The notes under the pieces were generated by a model that did not search any database, had not been told where the DNA came from, and was given only the letters and a program-made list of their open reading frames with translations. From IMG/VR virus record IMGVR_UViG_3300028394_000002, positions 32,998 through 96,997 of that record: DNA of 64,000 nucleotides; one strand, 5' to 3'. The DNA comes from a virus. A program made the position numbers and the translations under genes. Of the stretch, positions 57,135-64,000 are shown piece after piece (position 1 is the first letter of the stretch; each line of letters begins with the position of its first letter).

Positions 57135-58678
57135 AATTCAACAGTTTTAATATAAGTTTCACACACTTTTTCTTTCATTGTATCAAATTCATCTTTAAAA
57201 CATCTTAATGTCATTAAATCTAAATCACTTTCATGTTCTTCTATTACTCCATATAAGTCATCAAAAGAAATCATATTATCTTCACATAAATCAAAGATTT
57301 CAGATACTATTTTACTATCATCAGTAGCTTTAATAATATCATCAACACTTAAATTTTTAAGTAAGTTATTTTCTACCATAAATTGAGCTAAATAAGATTC
57401 TTCTATTTTACTAGTACTTAAAATTTCTGACTCAATAACAGGAGGATCTGTTTTTGGAGGTAATAAAGCAATATGTTTAGCATTATTAATTATATTTGAA
57501 AGATGGCGCTCATTAATCATGCAAGCTCTAACAAACTCTTTCTTTAATTCATAAACTACACCATCTACTAAACTAGTAGCACTAATACAAGAAGCTCCTT
57601 TAATAGTAGTTTCTTTTTGTTGAATATCCACTACATCTCCTTTAAAGAATACAAATTCAGAAGGTTTATCAGTTTTATGAATATTAGTCATTACAACAAC
57701 TTTAGTATTAGGCGCTAAAGGATTAATAGGTAGAAGTTTTTGATTGTAATAAAACTGAGCAAAGCCTAAAGTTAACTTGTTACCATCAATATTTTCAACA
57801 ACTAATTTACAATCAGCAACTTTAATTTCCCTTAATAAAAACCAATCATCTATTTCATACTTAATAGGATCTGTTGCTAAACTTGCTCTATCTGTTTGTA
57901 TCCAACCATTTAAATATTTAGCCCAATAAGCAGGAGCAGAGCCGCTACCAGCATACACATTACTACCGTAATTTGAGTGGTTAATAACTTTATTTTTAAG
58001 GGCTCTACTGGGTATAGCCACATCATTAATTATCCCTCCTTCAAATATAGTATATAAAATATTAGTACTAAACTCTGTAATTTCTGTACATCCAATAGCT
58101 TCTAAGCCTTCTTTTAAGCTGCTAATATACATACCTTCATTACTCATACCAAAATATAAAGGCCTTTGATTATTTAATCTAAAAGCTAATAAAAAGCTAT
58201 TTTCCTGACCTTTTTTTAATTTAATATTTTTATCAGCTACTAATAAACTAGCTGTACCATCAATCTGACTAAATATTTTAGCCCCAAAGTTACTATCCAT
58301 AATTTTATGCAGTAACTCTGTGTCAGTACCTGGATTAGTAGTATTATATTCTGTAGTTAAAGCCTCTGTATTATCTAATGTACCATTATGAGCTAACACA
58401 CAATTATCACCTTCAAAAGGATGTGCTGCAGATACAAAAGTTTTATAAGTTGAACCTGCTCTAACATGTCCTATTAAAGAACAATCAGGTATTATCTTAT
58501 TAAAATCTTTAGTAAGAAATTTAGAAGCCGCGTCTACTGATTTAACTACACCTGTTTGAGGAGTCCAGAAACCAGAAGCATCTTTACCCCTTTCTTGATT
58601 ATACATAAATAAGATCTTGACCTTATTAACATCAAATTTTTGTCCCTTATGACCACTAAAACCTATTAGTCCACACAT
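57101..58678 (-). CDS. Class II (Ntn) glutamine amidotransferase, GlmS-N-like, with a C-terminal extension
   Basis: MCGLIG, RGKDASG, GHVR, AHPF, AHNGTL, DTE and RPL motifs. Confidence 0.88.
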   Translation of the reverse strand: MCGLIGFSGHKGQKFDVNKVKILFMYNQERGKDASGFWTPQTGVVKSVDAASKFLTKDFNKIIPDCSLIGHVRAGSTYKTFVSAAHPFEGDNCVLAHNGTLDNTEALTTEYNTTNPGTDTELLHKIMDSNFGAKIFSQIDGTASLLVADKNIKLKKGQENSFLLAFRLNNQRPLYFGMSNEGMYISSLKEGLEAIGCTEITEFSTNILYTIFEGGIINDVAIPSRALKNKVINHSNYGSNVYAGSGSAPAYWAKYLNGWIQTDRASLATDPIKYEIDDWFLLREIKVADCKLVVENIDGNKLTLGFAQFYYNQKLLPINPLAPNTKVVVMTNIHKTDKPSEFVFFKGDVVDIQQKETTIKGASCISATSLVDGVVYELKKEFVRACMINERHLSNIINNAKHIALLPPKTDPPVIESEILSTSKIEESYLAQFMVENNLLKNLSVDDIIKATDDSKIVSEIFDLCEDNMISFDDLYGVIEEHESDLDLMTLRCFKDEFDTMKEKVCETYIKTVELWKKKKESLLA

Positions 58679-58689
58679 ATATTATTATT

Positions 58690-59601
58690 TTAGATAGCTT
58701 CTTCAACAGAAGCTGATTTTTTAATAGATTTATTTTCTTGCTTTTCAATAGTATAGTTGATATTATACTTATCACATAGGTATTTAGCTACATCAGAGTC
58801 ATTGTTATTAACACAATTAATGATAGCTAAGCAGTCATCCATATGCTCATCCATAACAAACTTCTCGTTATTAATTTTATCAATAGCTGCAAAAGTATTA
58901 TCAAATACAAATTTAGTATGTTCTTTACTTTGAAACCAATTAATACCTAAAGTACGTAATTCAGCTGTAACACTACCAATACGATGCTCACCCGCTTTAC
59001 CATAAAGTTTTCTACGTAAAGCCCCATTAGGATTCATTATAATACTAGGTACAGTTAGATACAAGTCTAGTACACGAAGTAAATTAATATCTGTTTCATA
59101 ACCTCTTTCTTTATAAGAAACATGAAGATGCTTACCAATTGATCTTAAATTACCATCAGTAGCTTTAGGAGATTCATTCATTTCTAAATTCCAGAAATTA
59201 AAGCTTGCTGAACATCCAAACAATCTAGCAGCATCAGTATCTAGCTCTTTATCAGAAAAGCTAATAGCATCAGCACTATCGTCATTTAAAACTATTAACC
59301 CTTTGCTTTCTATCTCTTTATTTATTTTATCTAGTATCCACTGACAATCATTATACATTTTAATATATGAATTTGTAGGTGGTAAAGTAAGCTCTAAGGC
59401 GACATTATCTTCTTGTACTCCATAACCAAGCTTTAGGAATCTAGGAAGGTCTTTCGACCCTCCTATTAATCCTACAGCACTTACATGTTCTCCAGTATTT
59501 ATATCAACTATGAAAAACTCTGGATCACTCCCTAATCTAACATTAGTAATTGGATTTAAATTATCTGGATTTAGTTTTTCTACTGTTATTTTATTATTCA
59601 T
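58690..59601 (-). CDS. phiEco32-like COOH-NH2 ligase type 2
   Basis: LGSDPEFF, IGGSK, QEDNVALE, FGC, LRSIG.HLH, RRKLYGKAG and ELRTL motifs. Confidence 0.9.
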   Translation of the reverse strand: MNNKITVEKLNPDNLNPITNVRLGSDPEFFIVDINTGEHVSAVGLIGGSKDLPRFLKLGYGVQEDNVALELTLPPTNSYIKMYNDCQWILDKINKEIESKGLIVLNDDSADAISFSDKELDTDAARLFGCSASFNFWNLEMNESPKATDGNLRSIGKHLHVSYKERGYETDINLLRVLDLYLTVPSIIMNPNGALRRKLYGKAGEHRIGSVTAELRTLGINWFQSKEHTKFVFDNTFAAIDKINNEKFVMDEHMDDCLAIINCVNNNDSDVAKYLCDKYNINYTIEKQENKSIKKSASVEEAI

Positions 59602-59602
59602 T

Positions 59603-60364
59603 TTAAGCTAATATTGATTTTTCTATTTTAATTAATTTTTGTAATCTAGGGCTTCTAGCTATTAGACTATCCACTAAAATGTCAGACAAATCGCAAGAAC
59701 TAGCTTTCTCAGGATGAAACTGAACACCAATAATAGGTAATTTTGCATGTGCAAAACCTTCTAAAATATTGTGAGCTCCGTTTTGTCTATCCCAAGAAAC
59801 AGCTTTTTCCCATAATAAAGGTATTAACTCAGTATTATGTTCTAAAGCTTGTTTACTAATTCCTTGATGATGGAAAGTATTTACAGTTGTAGTAGCATAT
59901 GTCCAAGAAGGATGAATATTTTCTTGCATATATTTTGCATTAACTACACATTTGTTAATTTCTTTATCACCATCTTCAGAATAACCATGATATGGTGTTA
60001 TGTTTTGAATAAGAGGTATACCAAAATATATTGCTAATTGTTGATATCCTAAACAAATACCAAATACAGGAGTTCCCACTTCAATATATTTAGGTAAATT
60101 ATTCTTAAAAAAGTAATCCTTAAAAGGGTCACTTGAGCCATTCATAAAGCCTGGTACAGCATTATAATGAGTGGTTTGAACATCTTGTCCACCTGGCAAT
60201 ACAACTAAATCTAAATCTTCTCTAATGTCTTCGTTTGGTGTAAGCATTTCTACTTGACCAAACTTAGCAAAATATTCAAGATAAGTTTTTTGTATTCCAA
60301 ATGAATTCTCACCTAGGCTCCAAGCTGGAATACCTATTACTGGTTTCTTAGTTTTATTTGACAT
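59603..60364 (-). CDS. Class I amidotransferase/peptidase C26 (PuuD-like gamma-glutamyl hydrolase)
   Basis: PVIGI, LPGGQDV, GICLGYQ (Cys nucleophile), VNTFHHQ and VQFHPE motifs. Confidence 0.9.
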   Translation of the reverse strand: MSNKTKKPVIGIPAWSLGENSFGIQKTYLEYFAKFGQVEMLTPNEDIREDLDLVVLPGGQDVQTTHYNAVPGFMNGSSDPFKDYFFKNNLPKYIEVGTPVFGICLGYQQLAIYFGIPLIQNITPYHGYSEDGDKEINKCVVNAKYMQENIHPSWTYATTTVNTFHHQGISKQALEHNTELIPLLWEKAVSWDRQNGAHNILEGFAHAKLPIIGVQFHPEKASSCDLSDILVDSLIARSPRLQKLIKIEKSILA

Positions 60365-60369
60365 TTTAA

Positions 60370-61179
60370 TTATTGTAAATAAGTTTTTAATTTTTCTATT
60401 TTATTACCATACTCATCAATAGAATTTAAATCTTTTTGAGCTGATTCTTTTGTAGCATCATAATACCAAACTCTTTTATTAATTGTAGAACAATAAGAAG
60501 TTCTAAAACCACTTGGCATAATTGTAGGTAAGTAATTTAATAAAATATTATATACTTGACTTAAAGTACAAGTTGGATAATAGTATCTACAAATCATAAA
60601 GATATCTCCAACACTACGTCTTTTACCTGCGGCTGTTTGAACATCTCTATTATCTACAAAGATAGTATCTTTATTTGTATTATAATCAGTAAAGAAAGCC
60701 CTCAAGAAACCTGATAAGCTTTGAGTTTTTCTATTTCTTAACAAACCTGGTAATCTAATTGAACTAGGGTTAGCTTCAATAATTTGATATTGAATATCTA
60801 AAAATAAATCGGCTTTTACTTCATCACTTAAAGCTGGTTCAACAACAGGTTCTACATATATTTGCGCGTCATTTAAAGTAATTGGTGTAGTTTGTGTATT
60901 AAGATATATAAGTACATTACCATTATCTATTATTATATACACAATTTTTCCTGTATTTCCATTTGAAGTAACTAAAATATCACCGTCTTTAAATTCTTTA
61001 TTATCAGATAACCTTTTAACACCGCCAATACTGAAATTTGCATTACATATAAAATCTGCTAAAGGTTTAGAAATAACTATATCATTAACAGTATTTACAT
61101 AATTATTTTTAGATTTTAAAATGTACTCTAAATTTGTTGATCTTGACTTAAATTTTGTAATTAAATAGTTTGTAGGCAT
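60370..61179 (-). CDS. Hypothetical protein in the amidoligase cluster
   Basis: 269 aa; KRLSD..EF..GD N-terminal segment; RRSVGD and YCSTINKRVW C-terminal domain. Confidence 0.7.
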   Translation of the reverse strand: MPTNYLITKFKSRSTNLEYILKSKNNYVNTVNDIVISKPLADFICNANFSIGGVKRLSDNKEFKDGDILVTSNGNTGKIVYIIIDNGNVLIYLNTQTTPITLNDAQIYVEPVVEPALSDEVKADLFLDIQYQIIEANPSSIRLPGLLRNRKTQSLSGFLRAFFTDYNTNKDTIFVDNRDVQTAAGKRRSVGDIFMICRYYYPTCTLSQVYNILLNYLPTIMPSGFRTSYCSTINKRVWYYDATKESAQKDLNSIDEYGNKIEKLKTYLQ

Positions 61180-62117
61180 GGGGTTTGTTTTTTAGTTAAT
61201 TGTTTATTTTTTAAAATTGATTTTTCTATATTAGTCCAAAGTTCTGTTTTAGTAGTACTTTCAACTAATCTATTGTATTGATTTTCATATTCTTCTCTAG
61301 TAAAAGTTATACCTAAAGTAAGAGGAGTTAATTGTAAAGCTTTAGTTAATTCTAGCTGATTCTTTAAATGCTCTCTAAAATTAGTAACATTTAAATCTGG
61401 ATTTAAAGTTTGTACTAAAATATTCCAAGCACTAGGACTTCCTGAAGGTATATAGTTAAATACTGGATTACCATTACTTACTGCATAATTAGTAGTTGAT
61501 GTAGTAATAGCTTCATAAGGAGTTAATCTATAAGCTACTTGTAATAATACTAGTAAATCTTTATCTGGATACAATTCAACTAGTTCTATAAATCTAGCTG
61601 GAACATGTGAACAAAAATCAACATGGAGATTTCTAATTGTTTGCCAACTAAGTTTTAAAAGAGCTTCTTCATTCCAATCTATTTTAGAGTAATCTATAAC
61701 TATACATAATTTAGTAGCAGTTATTGAAGATATTTCACAAATAAGGCCTATTTTTTGTAATAATCTAACATATAATTCTATATATTCTAGTTTAGAATAT
61801 TTATCTTTTAAAGGATTTACAAAATCAGTTAGGCTAATAGTCATTTCAGCGTAACAATTTTTAAATTGTACATTTTCTCCTGAAATACATTTATAGAATA
61901 ACCCGACTTTTTTTTGAAATTTACCTTCAAATAATACATCTCCAGATTTTTGGAAATCTACAAATATAGCTTGGCAACAGCCTTTTATTACTTTAATAAT
62001 CTCTTCTTTAGGCTCTCTTGTATCTAAACGATGGTAAACTTTAACTTTACCTCTTTCATAATCAAATAAGCCTTTTTTTATTAATTGTCTTAATACAGGT
62101 TTAGTTTTATCTTCCAT
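61161..62117 (-). CDS. Hypothetical protein in the amidoligase cluster
   Basis: 318-aa ORF overlapping both neighbours. Confidence 0.7.
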   Translation of the reverse strand: MEDKTKPVLRQLIKKGLFDYERGKVKVYHRLDTREPKEEIIKVIKGCCQAIFVDFQKSGDVLFEGKFQKKVGLFYKCISGENVQFKNCYAEMTISLTDFVNPLKDKYSKLEYIELYVRLLQKIGLICEISSITATKLCIVIDYSKIDWNEEALLKLSWQTIRNLHVDFCSHVPARFIELVELYPDKDLLVLLQVAYRLTPYEAITTSTTNYAVSNGNPVFNYIPSGSPSAWNILVQTLNPDLNVTNFREHLKNQLELTKALQLTPLTLGITFTREEYENQYNRLVESTTKTELWTNIEKSILKNKQLTKKQTPCLQTI

Positions 62118-62961
62118 TTTTACTATTAATTATTTTAGGTATTTCTATTAAATATTTTTGCAATGTGATATCACCAAAACTTGGAGCACTAGCTGATTCT
62201 ACAATTAACCAATCTGAGTTATTCTCTTTATTAGGTAAAGATACTATAACATCAAATGCGCAAATATCTAATCCTAGTGATTTTTGAGCTTTTACACAAT
62301 CTGCTACAATATCATTCCAATTGTTAGGCTTCTTAAAGCTTGGATTACTCTCTAAAGCCCAAGTAACTACATCATCATGATACTGCCAAGTATTTTCTGG
62401 GGCATCACTCTTTAGTAACTTTCTACAAGCATAGAAACAACCAAACTTACTTATATGTAATCTATACTCTCTACCAAGTGGTTGAAATTTCTCAAAGATA
62501 TAATTACTTAAATTTTTACCCACCATCCATTGTTCTAATGCTTGTTGATTATCTAGTTTATAATTACCTGTACCTCTACTACCAAATTGATGTTTAGCAA
62601 TAATAGGATAAGGTAAATTATCATAATCAATAAGATCTTCATGAATATTTATAAATGCTTGTACACCTTCTGCTTTTGTAAACCAATTAGCTGTTTTAAC
62701 ACCAGCTCTAGTAAAACATTGTTTCATCAATAACTTACTAGCACTATTCTTAATACCTTGTACACTATTAACCTCTGTTCTAACTTTACCATCATTTAGC
62801 GAGGTTGTACTACCTAACCTTACAACGCTCCTACCTTTACATAACTGTAATTGTTTTCTGAGTGGTTTATGGCTAGGATGCCTAGTTAGTACAAGAGTCC
62901 TAAAAAATGTAATAATCTTTTTAGCTTGTTTTAAGCTACTTTTTTTCTTCTTTAATATCAT
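62107..62961 (-). CDS. ATP-grasp ligase (RimK/phiEco32-like)
   Basis: NSASKL, YPIIAK..FGSRGTG, FEKF, EYRLH, LGLDICAFDV and VES.SAPS motifs. Confidence 0.85.
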   Translation of the reverse strand: MILKKKKSSLKQAKKIITFFRTLVLTRHPSHKPLRKQLQLCKGRSVVRLGSTTSLNDGKVRTEVNSVQGIKNSASKLLMKQCFTRAGVKTANWFTKAEGVQAFINIHEDLIDYDNLPYPIIAKHQFGSRGTGNYKLDNQQALEQWMVGKNLSNYIFEKFQPLGREYRLHISKFGCFYACRKLLKSDAPENTWQYHDDVVTWALESNPSFKKPNNWNDIVADCVKAQKSLGLDICAFDVIVSLPNKENNSDWLIVESASAPSFGDITLQKYLIEIPKIINSKNGR

Positions 62962-63692
62962 ATAGCTTTTTCTACTTTAAATTGTTTGTAATCTAATTTA
63001 TAAGACACTATACCTAAATTATGAGTACTTGTATCACCTTTTAAAGTACTAAAATCTTGAGGTATTGGTCCATATTTAAGTATTTCTTCTATTTTAGTAA
63101 TACTTGATCTAACTAGACTTACATCAGGTTGATAAATTTTATCACTTTTTAAGAATTTTATAGGATTAATACTTGTATCATCATAAGTTTGTCCAGCTCT
63201 TAATAACAAACTGTATAGACTTATCATATAAGTACTTTCTGCCCATATTTTAGGTAGCTCAACTAAATATAAATTATCAGATACTTCACTAATTATTGTA
63301 TTAGACTTAATATCTATATCAAGTAATTCCTCAAAATAATTAATAAAGTATTCTAAATGTTTATGATATTTAGCTAATCTATCTTTTTCAACAATAAAGT
63401 CTTTCTCATTGTAAGTATGATTATACTTGTAAGGACATATAGAGATAGCCATATATACTAGTTCACTTTCAAGTATCCCTTGTTTGCCTTTTAAATGTAA
63501 TCCATGAGCATAAATAGATTTATCAGTATTTTCAGCAAATATTACATCATTTAAATAATCTTTACAGGGACTAATAGGTTGAATAGTTTCATACTCATTT
63601 TCATTAACTATTTTACAGAAAGCGAATCCCATATTATTAGACCTACCTTCTGATAAAATGTTTCTGTTTTGGGTGTTTGTAATTTTTATCAT
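62958..63692 (-). CDS. Hypothetical protein in the amidoligase cluster (CKDYLND motif)
   Basis: 244 aa; CKDYLND, W...YMISLYSLLLR and HNLGI segments; overlaps the ATP-grasp gene start. Confidence 0.65.
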   Translation of the reverse strand: MIKITNTQNRNILSEGRSNNMGFAFCKIVNENEYETIQPISPCKDYLNDVIFAENTDKSIYAHGLHLKGKQGILESELVYMAISICPYKYNHTYNEKDFIVEKDRLAKYHKHLEYFINYFEELLDIDIKSNTIISEVSDNLYLVELPKIWAESTYMISLYSLLLRAGQTYDDTSINPIKFLKSDKIYQPDVSLVRSSITKIEEILKYGPIPQDFSTLKGDTSTHNLGIVSYKLDYKQFKVEKAI

Positions 63693-63998
63693 TTAAATAG
63701 TAATTTTTTTAACATTTTTCATATAAGTAGGCTCTATTCTACCTGTTCTTAAATTCTTCAAATAGACTACATCAAGAGGGCTATTTTTAGTATTCTTAAT
63801 GGTATACTTGTTGTTAATACTAGCAGTTATTTTAATAACTTGACATTTAGCATTTCTTTCAAAAGGTAACTTTTTGTTATTAATTAATCTAACTGTGTCA
63901 TCAACTTTAACTGTTAAATCTTTACCAAACTTTTGTAGAAAAATAACTGGTAATACTATTGTTAATGTAACATCACTATAAAGCCAACAACCTGAGCT
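63693..63998 (-). CDS. Partial hypothetical protein, 5' end outside the window
   Basis: Open from the window edge (SSGCWLYSDV...MKNVKKITI*); its TAA abuts the next ATG. Confidence 0.6.
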   Translation of the reverse strand, partial: SSGCWLYSDVTLTIVLPVIFLQKFGKDLTVKVDDTVRLINNKKLPFERNAKCQVIKITASINNKYTIKNTKNSPLDVVYLKNLRTGRIEPTYMKNVKKITI

Positions 63999-64000
63999 TC

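Noticed and set aside
40496-60037. Short plus-strand track ORFs within the - block (e.g. 45295-45633, 50003-50293, 52802-53062) and alternate-frame 54525-54710
   Set aside because: Antisense or alternate-frame shadows of well-supported genes
1-64000. Stop-codon reassignment (TAG or TGA) as seen in some crAss-like phages
   Set aside because: Multi-kb ORFs tile both blocks under the standard code; read-through of the TAG at 17985 meets another TAG four codons later, so the -1 frame explains that gap better
1-64000. CRISPR arrays, tRNA/rRNA genes, introns, inteins, integrase, reverse transcriptase/DGR
   Set aside because: No regularly spaced repeats or intergenic space for RNA genes were seen; the RNR, helicase, primase and RNAP are uninterrupted and of normal size; no RT or integrase motifs were recognised

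Overview
This window is a 64 kb, very AT-rich segment of a crAss-like (Crassvirales-type) phage genome. It uses the standard genetic code and has A-rich start contexts without Shine-Dalgarno sites, which suggests a Bacteroidota host. Two convergent blocks meet at a bidirectional terminator (~39495-39530). The + strand block (1-39486) carries lysis genes, tail ring/IHF-like/muzzle genes and a series of very large virion cargo (ejection) proteins, including a virion RNA polymerase with a DFDID motif. The - strand block (39531-64000) carries nucleotide metabolism and replication genes: PhoH, class II RNR, dUTPase, exonucleases, primase, SSB, RecT-like and DnaB-like proteins, with no DNA polymerase recognised in the window. 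It also holds a ~10 kb cluster of three amide-bond ligases and three glutamine amidotransferase/peptidase genes. Four observations stand out. (1) A -1 programmed frameshift signal (A_AAA_AAG plus an 11-bp stem or possible pseudoknot) at 17978 would fuse two annotated ORFs through a hidden 158-codon NNNPGNL domain. (2) Four near-consecutive large cargo proteins are almost Cys-free except for head-to-tail terminal cysteines, suggesting a disulfide daisy chain. (3) Two cargo proteins are punctuated by repeated xxGG linkers that delimit modules. (4) The expanded amidoligase/amidotransferase cluster points to an uncharacterised pathway. All family assignments come from motifs recognised by eye, not from database searches.
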